NCBI GenBank assembly: GCA_043228905.1
Contig: JBHGNT010000021.1
Coordinates: 12,028,001-12,092,000, forward strand
Origin: Azolla caroliniana
Taxonomy: Eukaryota; Plantae; Polypodiophyta
Direction of reading: 5' to 3'
DNA: 64,000 nt
Positions within the stretch are counted from its first letter, which is position 1; each line of letters begins with the position of its first letter. Positions 48,123 to 62,100 of this stretch are shown one piece after another. A program made the position numbers and the translations under genes. Under the pieces are notes generated by a model. The model did no database searches. It was not told the DNA's origin and saw only the letters and a list, made by a program, of their open reading frames with translations.

Positions 48123-48597
48123 TGTTGGGCTAACTGGTCCCTCAAGATGGGATGAGTTGGAAAGCCGGATCGGTCGGGTGCCGACCGGCTGAGAACCAAA
48201 TCGGATGTGGGTTGGTAGAGAGCCGAATTGGATGAAAGTCGTAGCCGATTAGAGGCTACAGTTGTAAAGAGCTCATATTGTGTATAAGTATAAACACACC
48301 TAGGGCTGACATATTGTAAAGAGGTGAATGTACAGAGTGTGAGGTAAGTTAGAGAGTGTGTGTGTAGTCATATGTAAGATGAAGACAAGTTCAAGGTTGT
48401 TGCCTAGAGTCATTTGTATATCTCTTTACATAGTCATTCTATTTGGAGTCTGTGGACTCCCGTGGTTTTTTCCCATTCAAGGTTTCCACATTAATATCGA
48501 CTCTTGTTGTCTATGCATTTCTGTTTTCAGTTGCTTCAGTTACTGTCTTTCTCATTGTCCTCAAGAACCGGTTGTGCCCGGTTCCATATTCTCAACA
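48123..48597 (+). mobile_element. Copia solo LTR
   Basis: TGTTG...CAACA ends, 5-bp TSD GTATG on both sides, U5 motif CCCGTGGTTTTTTCCC...TTTCCAC shared with the Co-A and Co-C LTRs. Confidence 0.88.
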
Positions 48598-50179
48598 GTA
48601 TGTGCATTTCCTGATTTTGATCATAGATGAGCTTTATAGGTATAAATCTTAACATTGAGGCATAATTTGAAATGCCAAGACGTATTAGGTATTTGAAAGG
48701 TATGTTACTTTAACAATGCTTGTTGTTAGAAATCTTATTGTTACCTACTCCTTGTTTTTACTGTACTCTTGTCATAGTCCGTTGAATCTTGATTGAGATC
48801 CCACGGTTATTTGTCTTTGAACTAATTGTAATTGTTTTATTTTAGTAATTAATACAACTCCAAAGGAATAAAAAATGAATCCTAGACATCTTCCAATTTA
48901 TAAAAATGCATCCTACACTTAAAAGACATGGGATGGGGTAAAATAATGATGAGCTTTTTTGGAAAAAAAATAATGATGGTGGTGATGATGAACTATTATT
49001 TCTCAATGTTTTCTTCTTGCTAGCCTACATGCACATATTCTTATTGTTTCTCACACCTTGTTTTTACTCTACTCTAATCATTGAACTGTACAATACCTAC
49101 CATGTGTGCAACACTTTGAGTTGGTTCATGAGGTAGTCTTGAGTACTTTGTGATGCTATCCTAATTAGAACAAACTTGCATGTCATTGATATTATGAGAA
49201 GAGTGGTAGTATGGGAAGAGTGTTACCATTGTTCTCATTTTCCATGTCATTAAGGGGTTACAAATTGCATTCTCATGTATTGGAAGCCCTTGGGATTCTT
49301 TTGGAAAAGGGGCTTTGTTCTCTCTCCTACAAACTTAGGGGTGCTAATATTTGTGAGCTCTAGGATCTTTCTCAAGTAATACACTCAAGATCAAAATGAC
49401 TCAAAACAAAAGGTAATTCCTACACAGAAACATACAGTTCAATAAAGACAATGGCATATCATTGAGTAGAAGAGCATAACAGTTTAGAGTTTAAGGAGGA
49501 TGGCTCACCTCTACGATTACACTATTATCAATGGATTCACATTTCCCTATTTCTCAAGGAAGGACTCATGCGCATTAGTAATAAGAGCCATATCTCATTG
49601 AGTTTTCTAGCAAGTTAGATCACTATGACATACTTTACATTAAGCATTAAGCATTTTTAAGAGATCACTAAACATTGGAGAGAAGCCACTCAATTAATTC
49701 AATAATACTAACATGCGTGCACTCGTGCATCAATTACAGTATTCATACATGAAATTCAAACTAAAACCCATTACCCCAAACGCCTTCCAATGAATTACTT
49801 CAGCTTGTAAAGGAAGTTCTCTGGAAGTATTATGGGATTAGTTCAATGCAGAAATTTGTCACTGGACATTGAGCGTTGGAAGCATTGGAAGCGTTATGAA
49901 AGCACATGATAGGCAGTCTCCAATGACGCATGACAATCAAGGAAAATCACAATGCAGTACATTGTTATTGGATTATGCTCAGTCCACGGAAGAAATAAGA
50001 TTTAATCATTGCATTTTGTATGGACACATTGTGGGAATAACATTTTTCAAGAATCGCTATGTAATACATTTTCTTGGCTGAAGAAAGCATTGCATTCCCC
50101 TCAAAATTTAAGTATGAACTCATCACTATAGAGAGACCAATTTCATTTCACAGATTTTTAACCATATTTATGGAAAGAA

Positions 50180-53100
50180 TCAAGACAGAAACTCCGCAGT
50201 TCTCTTTTCAGAAAACATCCGCTCCCTGAACTCCTCTAGATTCTTGTTCCGAATCTCAATAACATCCGGCCGACGCTGCTCAAGGTTACCATATTGCTCA
50301 ACCAACTTCCAAAATTCTTCCCTCTTTACTACCTTCACATCAACAAGCTTCTCAACCAACTGCTTAACTAGCTCTTGGTTATCCTCCATAATCTGCCACA
50401 AAACATTGCTTGCTATTTAAGAAGCCAACCTTCTAGAACATACATATTTGTCTCTCGAACATAGTAAAATGCAATTGATCTTTAACATTAAGAAAAGAAA
50501 AACCTTCAATGCTCGGCTGTAGCATGCCTCCAATATCTTTTTTGTTTCAACATCCACTTCCTGTATATTATAAATATATAGATGCCACCACTAATAAATT
50601 AACTGCCAGACGCATTAGTCATCACACTATCAAGAAATTCTTTCACATATAATAGCCAATTGAATTGCATTAATCTGTCTCATAATCTAGTAAAATTAAT
50701 AAGTAATAATCTCCTGCATTATTCAATTGTCTAAGAGAAGCTGTTAGTGCATCCAGCCCATTAATGAATTCATAATGCATGAACAGAAAAAAAAACAAAA
50801 AAAGGCTAATTATTCGGACTAATGGCACCCCCATATTTTAAGATGAGTAGCAAGATTTGCACAGTATGACTAAATTTCTTCTATCTATTTCAGAGCCTAA
50901 ATGATTCTTGCCTTATGAAGATAGTTTCATGCATTAGATATTTTAAGATGAGAAGCAAAATTTTCGCGGTATGACTATGATTTCCTTTGGTATCTACATC
51001 AGAACCTGATTTTTTGTTCTCTACATCGGAGCCTCAATACTTCTCACCGTATAAGGATAGTTTGGTTCAAAATAGCGGTAGATATGTTCATTCAAGACAA
51101 ACCCTAACCCATGTCATGTTAGATAAATTTGAATTTAAAATCTACTTTTCAATATATGTGCTTATCTTATCCTAAAGAACTTTGTAAACATGCTGACTGA
51201 GGCAATATAGTTAGTGAGGCATATCCAGACATCAAGTTCCCTATGATCATAGCCCGTTGTTTTTGTGAGAACCACACCATAGCGCTTAAGCCCATTTTCC
51301 ATTCTTTCTGTTCTCTTCAATACAGATCTCAATCTGTGAAATTTGGCACATTGGAACTGTTCGGAAATCCTAAATCTGCCACATTTGATGGGCATTACAG
51401 AAAATGGAAAACCTAACAGAGAGAGAGAGAGAAGAAGAGAGAAAGAAAGATTCATTAACATATTTTAAAAAGCCAAAACGGCCTATGATAACAAAAAAAA
51501 GATTACATCTTTAAATGTTGTCTCATCTTTGAGAACAACAAACCAAAATAAGCATAATTAAGTAAAATAAATAAATAAATAAAGAGAATAAGAATTCGAT
51601 GTAACTTTAGAATCTCGTCATTTTTGCTTGCAAGATTCTCAAGTCGGATATATCGTGAGTTTTTGTTTTCGAAAGATATTTAGCATAGGCCAATACAGAA
51701 TGGAGAGGTGTCTGAAGCAAGGGAAGCCCTTTCGATGGAGGGAGATAATGGCGTTTACCGGTCAATGACAAGCATGGTGAGATCAAGGTCCACGAGGCAG
51801 GGACCTACATGCATGACAAATTTCTATTGCCTAATCCATTGTAACCTCTTTGGAATGTTCTGGCCACATCAATTGTCTCCCGATAAAATTGGTATCTAGT
51901 CAGCCCACTCTCCTTAGCATATACATCCCTTGTGCATCCAACATGTCAAAGCACCTGATCTGGGCCATATTGGCAAACTATTATATATAACAAATTCATG
52001 TGAACATCCCAAGGCTAGAAAGTATTTGTCATATTACTTCACCCATATCAACCAACTTCTTCCATAACTTCTCCATACATAGTCTCGTTGGTGTTAAACA
52101 TAGTTGTTCATCATTCGTTCGTGCATTTGACTCTCCTAATACAATTATGTACACCATAGTAGCAAATCTTATGATATCATCATAAAATGGTAGCTATGAT
52201 GATTCTCTAAGATGTGCAAACTTCAAGTAGACAGGTGGAAAATGACAAATTGTAAAGTATAGTTGCCTAAGATCTCCTCTTTTGATTCATGTCCACATGT
52301 TATGTGCATCTACATCCTTACACACAACATGCACTCTATCATGGAGGGTCATGTTACAATTGAGAGTGTACACCATGACTATGAGAGAAATTCATGCAAG
52401 GATCGGGTCCAGTCAAAGATGTTTGGAAAGCATAGTTGAATGTGATCAAAGGCAAAGCAGTGTACCAAACTGTAATACTCAAACTCCCGAACTTGTTTCG
52501 AGAAAAGTGTGCATAGTTTACAACACTCATCACTTGTGCCCTAACGACACATCTCATCCTGTAGTGCATGTGAGCTAAGTCATATGGAACCATAGAATGT
52601 AATATACACACTCGTCTGCTCAAACATCGTTTTCATACATTGCAAACGAATGCGTATATTATCCAAACATACTTATGTTTTTTTTTTACTTTTTAACTTT
52701 TCTTTTTCACTCACTTTCTTGTCTTTATTCCCTTTTAGTGAATTCAAATTTCTATTGCTTTCTTCGCCTGGCCCGAAGATTTGCTTAAGATCCCCACAAA
52801 GATCGCTCATCAACAAAATGAATCGACAAGAGATAATCTCGCTTGCCTCCATACGGAGCTAATTCTTCGTGCATAATTAGATGATAATGATGATGATGCA
52901 AAGAATATATACAATAGAATGAATGTAAAGAGAACCTTAGTAATCTTGGGCGTGAGCTTTGCCTTCATCTTCTTCTGCTTTGTTGCCGGATTCATCTATT
53001 AATAGATTTGTTATAATCATCAGAATTATTCACAGATTGACGATGATCATGACCGTATAATTTGATAACATCTTGAGCTTCTGAATCATTCACCAATGTT

Positions 53101-56100
53101 GATCGATCGCTATTAGCAAATAAGCTCTTTCGAGGGGGTAGTTGGGCTGATCGATTCGTGTTCATATAGTCACGATGATCCATTGACAAAGAGTTTGTTT
53201 CAATGCATTGAGTACCAATGAGTGGGCAAATGCTAAGCCTTTGAAGTGATTAACATGTAATCATGGCCTTAATTAGCTATGAGGAACTTGATTAAGCTTG
53301 ATTAAGCGAGAGGGATTGGTTAGAAGTATAAAAATTAATTTAGAGGAAGAAAGGAAACTTATGCCTCATGGAACTAATATATATTATTCACAATGAACAT
53401 GTACAAAAGCTAAGACTCTTGGTTAACATGTAATTAGGGGCTTGATTAAGCTCTTAATTATAGAATGAGGCACTAGGTGAAGATTGATATGTGATTAGGG
53501 GATTGATGAAGCTTGATAAAGAGAGAGGGGATTGGTTAGAATTACGTTAAAAAAAAAATTACCTTATTAAATAATGAATACAAAACTTGGAGGGTGTTCA
53601 CTAGATACTCGAATGACCGAAACATACTCAAATGTGAATGCACATATGGCATGTATGGTGCATACTATGCATGGAACCATTGCTTCAGATGGCCGACAAC
53701 AAGATGGGCTCTAACATGTTTTGACGTGTTCGATTTCCCTATCCCACAAAGAATATGGTTTTGTAGTTAGGTACAGATACTCGAATGACCGAAACATACT
53801 CAAATGTGAATGCACATATGGCATGTATGGTTCATACTATGCATGGAACCATTGCTTCAGATGGCCGACAACAAGATGGGTTCTAACATGTTTTGACGTG
53901 TTCGATTTCCCTATCCCACAAAGAATATGGTTTTGTAGTTAGGTACAACATATTTAGTATAATGTGAGAAGCGTAAGCCTCCACATTTCTCACATGTAAT
54001 GATACATTTGCTTTGCAAAAAGGCCTCATTTACAAAGGAATCTGGTGATGCATCATGAAGCATGAGTGTTGCATTGTATCTTCCAAACCACTTTTATATA
54101 TCTTGTATCCAATCAAAATACAAAATTTTGTTTTTATTTGTCTTTTGGATCTTTTTGCTTGCTTCCCATGCAATTCTAGGAAGTCGATCTAGGGACATTT
54201 TTTGAACTTTACACATATGTTTGACAACCCTTTCCCTGGCCATGATCTCAATTGGAATTGATCCCATCTCAAAGTAGGAGGGTGTATGCCCTTGTTTCTT
54301 GGCTTGGAGAAACTTTGTACGAAATTGTTTTTGGACAGATTTAAACCCTTTCCAACTATACTAAGGAATGCTACCACCAAATATTTGCACGCCATAGAGA
54401 AGCAACAATGTCACCAAAATGTTGAAATGGTCTTTCTTAAGGACTCAACACTTAATTTCTCCATGATTGCATATGTTCTCAAATGCATAATATGCTCCCT
54501 TTGTCACCTCAAGTGGTAGGTAGCACATTCATTCCATATGGTTTGAAGGAACTTCAAGGCCAAGGTATTTGAAGCTTTCTACAATTTTAAGTGGCTCATT
54601 ACTATACATAATGCATGTTTATCTTGTCTTGGGCTCTTCACAACCATAATCTTTGTTTTAGAGCTCTTGACACTTGACTTTGCATGCATGTTAAATTCTT
54701 CCAATGCCCTCATAAGCTTTTGTGCATCTCCTAAAGTATTTGTAAAAAGCACTACATCATCTGCATACAATAAAAAGCATGATGATTGCATTCCCAATGA
54801 CAACTTCAACACCTTCCTTTACAAACTTGGCAACCCTTTATTATAATTCATCAATGCATAAATCAAACAAGGTGTTATTGAAAAAATCTAAAATTTTATC
54901 ATCCGCAAGCGCACACACAACATATAACCTTCTCATAGATTCAGGAAATTGAAAACATATATTCACTTAGCATCCCGGGTTCTTCTATTCATCTCCAAAG
55001 ATGCTCACAAGGTACCATATCAAAGGTTTTCTTGAAGTCCACAAAGTAACAATATAAACCCTTGCCTCTCAAGCGACCTTCCATTAATATTCGAATGATG
55101 GCAAGGTGATTTATGGTGCTATGGTGTTTTTGAAAGCCAACTTGTCCATTAGCTCTTTTATCATTTTTTTCAACCCATGCACCTTTGATTCCATTATACA
55201 TCCAAATAGTTTTTCCATTTGCGAGCCGACCATGATGGTTCAATTGTTGTTTATATTATTTACTTCTCCAACTTTATATAAAGTTTTAATCCAATTCATA
55301 GTCCATTTGTAGGGCATGCAATGTTGCAATGCATGACTAAACATCACTTATCTATGCATGTACTTCCTAGCCGCCCATTTCAGCATTATGGCCTTCATAC
55401 ATTGAAGATTTATTGCCTTTCAAGTGACCAATTTCTTAAGCCCTATGCATACATCTTCAATCATAAAGAAGGGCGATATATGTAAAATAGAACCATAACG
55501 GCATCATCTTTCCGACATTTGATAGCCTAACATAGGGAGAGAGAGAGCTAGCGAATTCAGAAGACAAAAAGAACCCGAACAAGTCATCTTTTAGATACTT
55601 CTTTTGAGCCTTCTTTCTTTCTTTCTCCTTCTCATTTTGGCCTCTTAAAAGACGTTAATATTTCTTTCTTTCTTTCTTTGCTGGAAACTCATATTTCTCA
55701 ATCGTAAGACATAGTAATGGGGTCTCATGAAGAAGCCTCAACTTCCTTGACTAATGTTGTCTACAATAGTCACATCCATGATTTTTACCATCAGAGGTGT
55801 CCGCAGCAAGCATACATTATTATGCAAAAGAAAGGTGCCAAGACACCCTAGTTCCCATCACCATGAAGCAGTCAATGCTTGTCAGCCCAACCCTTTTCAG
55901 ATACTCTAGCTGATCACATAAAAGATTGGTCTAAATTAGCAACCCAATTATGAAGAGTGTTGGCATTCATATTTAAAGTCACCCCAAACATGACTGTGTT
56001 GATGAATGTTTCATAGAACCATGATGTTCTACTACCGGGAATTCTCAGCCAGTTGGAGTGTTTGCAATATGACATTTGGTTTATGAAGCGCCCTTCATCA

Positions 56101-59100
56101 GGGAGTTAGGTTCTTCAATCCACTTAAGATCTTTCACACCCTCATCTGAGTTTACATGCTTATTGAAGTGCACTTAATGAGCCTTTTTCCTACAACACTA
56201 TCGCATAACATGAGGACAGGATTGAACAATATACGAATATAGCTCTGAAGGACTGCAACTGCCAAGTTTATAATCACAAAGTTGAATCTTCAGAGCATTA
56301 TGTGTGTAATTGTGAGATGAGAGGAGATATCATTGTCTCTTAAAGAAGGATTTGGACCTCTCCATAGACTAGAATGCATAATAGACAATTCTTGAGATAA
56401 GGAGGCAGACAGTTGGATCCACCTAAGCCAAGAAGGCTGACAGAATTCTTCCAAACAAATACTTCTAGCTAGGGATACTCCCCAAACTGTTCAAGCAAAT
56501 CGCCCAGCCAAAGTATATTTGCGACAACTAGAGCCATTTCTCTTTCGATAGATCACCAACCAGGACAATGACTCCAATTTTCATATCTTCACAAGATCTT
56601 AGCCATCATCACGCAGCATTGGAGTTCCTCTCTTTGTACAGCCACATTCGACAGATGGCGGTACTATGTTACCTTCATCGACGACTTCTCTAGGCATACA
56701 TGGATCTTTCACGTGAGGCAAAAGAGCGAAGTGTTTACACACTTCCAAAAATTCAAACGCAAGTCGAAAAGACAACCGGCCACCATGTACAATGTCTTCG
56801 GTCAGACGGAGGAAAGGAATACTTCTCTGATGCATTCAAGGCATACCTTCACCAAGAAGGAATTCGGCGAGAATTCACTTGCCAACACACACCGCAACAG
56901 AACACAAGAATCTGCACATCCTCAAAGTAGCTAGGGCCATGCTAAACGAGAAGCATATGCCCAAGTCATATTGGGCAGAAGCTGCAAATACTACCGTCTA
57001 CCTCATGAATCGATGCACAACATCTAGAGTGCACGATGTAACTCCACACAAGAAGTACTATAGAAAGAAGCCGGACCTATCCCATGTTAGGATATTTGGT
57101 TCACTTGCATACTCCATTTTGGATCACCCCACGATGGATATCTTCAAAAAGCAGCAATTTCATTTCTGATTATCAACCACCAAACCTAATTCTTAGTTAT
57201 TCATGATTATATTTCAAGCCATTTAGTTAGGAATCTTGCACAAGAAGATGTTTCCTTTTTGCGTTCTTTCTTTCAATCCTCACCTTGATGATTTAACAAC
57301 CGTTGCAATCTTAGTCGGGTCTCATAGGCCACTATGTTCTTTTAGAAATGTTAATATTTTTTTTCTTCTTTCTTTTAACAGGGTTAATCATCTTGAGTTA
57401 ATATTGTGGTGTCCATGTGATCCTTTGTGCCACCCTTTTAGCACACCCTTTTTAGGATGCATGTACCTAAGCCGACCCACCCTTTTAGCACACCCCTTTT
57501 AGCTAAGTCAACCCAAATGGGTACCTTTGTATCAACTATAAATTGAGTAAGAAGTAAGAAGCTAACTAGGCTGGTTTTGATCTCTTATGTGCATTTCACA
57601 TATTGGTGGAGAAGCGGGGTACCAGTCCCCCACGTCCAAGCATCCACCTCTTCCCCCTCACCTTAGGTTGCCCACTAACTTTTTGTGCCACGAGTTTCTC
57701 TGATCCCCCTCCTACAAGATAACCCTCTTGTCCCCCACCTCAGCCAAGTCCAGGTGGCCCTCAGTCCACAAGAGCGATTGATCTTTTAGACAAATGACCT
57801 TACCAAATGCCTCAACAAGACCCTCAAGCAAGAGATGGCCGCACAAATCAGCCCTTTTCGAGCACTCTATGGGTGTGACCCTCGCCTCCCACCAGAATCG
57901 TCCATTGACGTCCATTCCAACCCTGCCAACATGGATAGTGCCACTTGGGAGCTCTATCTCCAACAGATGTTCCCCCTCCTTCGACAAGCCAGCTCTCGAA
58001 ACCTACAAGTTGCATAGCAGCGCTAGACGCACCGAGGGATTCGGCTCGTGCACCATAGTTCGTGCCATCAAATCCACCACGTACTTGCTCTGACACAATT
58101 CCAACAACCGATTCACCTCCTCCTATGTTGCCCACATCAAGCTCTATCCACCTTAGGCCCATCTTCTGACCCCCATGTCGTAAACCTCCTTGTTTCTCTC
58201 AGGGGGGAAATGTGGTGTGCATGTGTTCCTTTGTGCCACCCTTTTTGGGATGCATGTACCTAAGCCGACCCACCCTTTTAGCACACACCTTTTAGCTAAG
58301 CCAACCCAAATGGGTACCTTTGTATCAACTATAAATTGAGTAAGAAGTAAGAAGCTAACTAGGCTGGTTTTGATCTCTTATGTTCATTTCACAATATCAA
58401 TTACTTGGGATCCACAAAAAATGGATGGGATGGGATCTTATCCTGAACTTTGCAAGCATCTGCCTATTAAAAAGGAGACAATGGTTTCTTTTATTTTCAA
58501 CATGTGCTCATGATTGCTACACGATTCAGTGCTTGTGACCATGAAGTACAGATGTATAAAGTTTTCTTCCATGTTTACATGGTTTTCTGCACTAGAAAAA
58601 GTAGTGGTGCATGCATAAAAGTGTCAGGAATCAGATTCCAACCACAATGACTAGGACAACAAACTCAAACCTTGCCCTGAGAAAGAGATGCAAGGTATTA
58701 ACGAATTTGTTGCATCAAGAGCACATGTCTGATTGCATCGTGCAAGGACATTTTCATAGCAGCTTCCCTAGAGAGTGAAAGATATATGATTAGTTTTATT
58801 TTGGCATATTCCACAACAAAATGTTTACTGCATGTAAAACATATTCCTTATAGCAGATGGCAATACATTGATTCCCTCATCAACAGCTCTATGACTAAAC
58901 TTCTTGTCTCTTGTTACTGGTTAGAACACAGGATTTCCCATGGCTCTTGACATTGGAGCAATGCGCTAACACTACAGCCTAAATCTACAGTTTGGGTCAC
59001 AGTGGGAACTTCAATAAGATGGCCCATCAAAGCTTTCATACAGCTCATCGTGGAGTTTTCTTACACAAAAAAATTCATTATTTTTGGACAAAAATATATT

Positions 59101-62100
59101 CTGCTTTCATTTTTTCCCTCCACTGAAACATGCTCTCCCCAGTTTGCTTTCATTCTAGTTCCCATTCTTCATATTATTTCCATCATGTTTGAAATTTCAA
59201 TACAATGCATGCGCCACAAAAATACCATATCAATTTCCTCCATCTTATCTGTAAATTCTGTTGAGAGAAAATTTTGAAGGTAGTCCAAGTTACACAATGT
59301 ACCAAAACTATGTATGCTACACAAATGATTGTGCTATCACTTGCACAACATAGTCCAACTGTAATTTCAAGTTTTGATATGGGTGCAAAATGCAAAAGCC
59401 AACAAGGTGAAAATATATCACATTAGAGATGGCTTGATCAGGGACTACCATCTACAATACATATGCAGTGTGGAAATATAAAAACATGTGTATATGTGCA
59501 AACATTATATATCACATGTCTCTACTGTATAGAGAAGCAAAAAACATCTTGAATTCACAAGAGATAAACATAAATATCTAGAACAATAGAACTCACATAG
59601 TAACGCTCCATCTCTGACCAGCAGTGGAACATGCCATAAATGTCTTTGCGGTCAGACAGTCCACAAAATACATAATATCGTGCCACTTTTCTAGCCCGAT
59701 TATAATGATCTGTCCATATTGTACACATCTGCTTGCAGCATACCACATATCCAGCATTAGTATGGCTGAAAAGTTAAAGAACGTACCTGCAATTCATATG
59801 GTTTGTATGCATTCAGACAGTATAGAACATTGCCAGTACCATACCACTAACCTCATCACAACCATTCCACATCTCATCAGCTGCACGTGGTGCCAATTGA
59901 AGAGTGATGTAGTCCATTACACCTTGACGGCTACAGATAGCACAAGCAAACAGAATAAGGACATTGTCAAGATTAATCTTAAAGCCACTAATATCACACA
60001 TGCATGTGAATGAAACCTAACAATATATTTGCCTAGTAATACTTTCAGCATAACTCTTCTCTTTGTATTTCATTGAACATTCTCTAATAATGTGCGGATG
60101 TGAATACAATAGTGAACATGCAAAAAAATAATAGTTTCAGGACTTGTGCTCATATTATGATTTCCTGATTGCCTATGCTTGTCTCATAGACCAAAGTATA
60201 TCACCCAAATGTTTTAAAGAACATTTTCATCGTGTCAGGATGTTCTCAAAATGGGCTTTGAATTGAATTTGTAATAGTTTGATCAAAACTCAGAACCAAA
60301 CTGCAAAATTTGTGTTGCTTGTACAGCTTTGTTCGACAATTAAATCCATATTAATATAAGCTTTATTTCAATATTGTCTGCGTCCAATGTGTGAGTCATT
60401 CGTAACAATCTCATGTACCTAAGAGCAGACATTTCAAATTTTATGTAGTCCATCTGAACACGAACTGCACCTTTGTCTTCTCCCATCCTAGGGATTATAG
60501 TCAGCTGTTGTACAGAAGCAACCTCATTACTTTCAACAAAGAGCAGAATTTGAAAGGACAAACTGTGCCAAAAATAAGAAAATGCATCATACCAACTGAA
60601 TGCTGTCAAAATCTGGAAAGTTAGCCGCTGCAACTGCCATAGAAGCCTCATTTAGTGCCATCTTGCGCCACAGTTCCTCGCTACGGGGGCGAGGATCAGG
60701 GTGGCCTCCCTCCTCAAGTTGGGCAGCATCTAGTAAGTCATCTGTGGTTATCTGTAATAAGAAACCAACTTATTCATAGTCAAATACACTCTAACTTTCC
60801 GAAAAAAAACATGCAGAAGAAACTGCACCTCAGTTCTTCCATCTCGGAGAACATTCAATGCAGCAACATCAAGTAGGTTTGCTAATTGAGCTCCAACCAT
60901 GCCGTCTGTTACATCGGCAACCGCATTAAAGTCTACATCCTCTGCCATAGGTTTATTCCGTGCATGCACCTGCCGAAGGACATGACAGCAAGGAAGAGTA
61001 AATTGAATTGAAAAAATACATAATTGCTTACGAATAAAAGGGCAGGTGTTCACTCTAGGTGAGAGGGAACATACACTCAGTATATCTGCCCGGCCTTTAG
61101 ATCCAGGCTTTGGTATATATATTTTACGATCAAATCTTCCAGGTCTAACAAGTGCTGAGTCAAGAATATCCACCCTGTTCGTAGCTGCGATGGTGATTAC
61201 ATCACCCTTACCCTCAAATCCATCCAAGCATGTTAGAAGCTGAATATACAGAAAACAAATCAGCTATAGAGAAAGCACACTGTTAAGCAGCAGAAGCAGC
61301 AGACAGAAACACTGTTAATTAACTAACTGAGCCAAAACAGAGAAGTCAACAATCTTAACCTGATTTAGTGTCGCATCTCTCTCCTGTCCTCCTGACCCAC
61401 CAATCAAGCCACGTTGTCTACCTACGGCATCTAACTCGTCTATAAAAACCACTGCAGGTGCCTGATCAAAACAGTAAACGATATTACTATTTGCACGACT
61501 TCAACTAATCCCCCAATTCAAACAAAAGAAAAGGCCCATGAACAGTTGGCTTTACATTTTCTCTAGCTTCTTGATATAGAGCCCGGACTCGTGATGCACC
61601 AACTCCAACATAGATCTCTACGAACTGTGATGCAGAAATCGAGAAAAAGCTCACCCCAGCTTCTCCAGCAACTGCCTTTGCAAGCAACGTCTTCCCTGTC
61701 CCAGGCTCTCCACAAAGCAGGATGCCAGCTGCCATATCCAAACCATACCATGTGAGAAGATACAATAAACTACTTTTGAACTTCAAGCATAGGAATGATC
61801 TTGGCTTTTCAATAGCTGGGAATCCAGTGGCCAGCAATCATTATGGAAACTAGAGTCAAACCTTATAAATCCACATAAGAAAAGGAACACTCTCTTTCAC
61901 AAATACCGTTAAGGGTTTCTATCAACTGACAAAAGTTTTAACAACAAACTTACATGGAATCTTGCTACCCTTCCTAATATATTTCTCCTTGTACGTAAAG
62001 AAATCCACAATCTCTTCCAGCTCCTTCCTTATATCACCTAAGCCAGCCACATCCTCGAATTTCACATCAGCACCAAGATCAAGATATTTCGGGCGCTTTC

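Noticed and set aside
48123-48597. 3' LTR of copia Co-E
   Set aside because: No PPT or RNase H end adjoins it, and it has its own GTATG TSD, so it is an independent solo LTR.
60593-60751. Loss of HExxH as a novel lesion or pseudogene sign
   Set aside because: NEASM-type replacement is the normal state of FtsHi proteins, and the gene model is intact.
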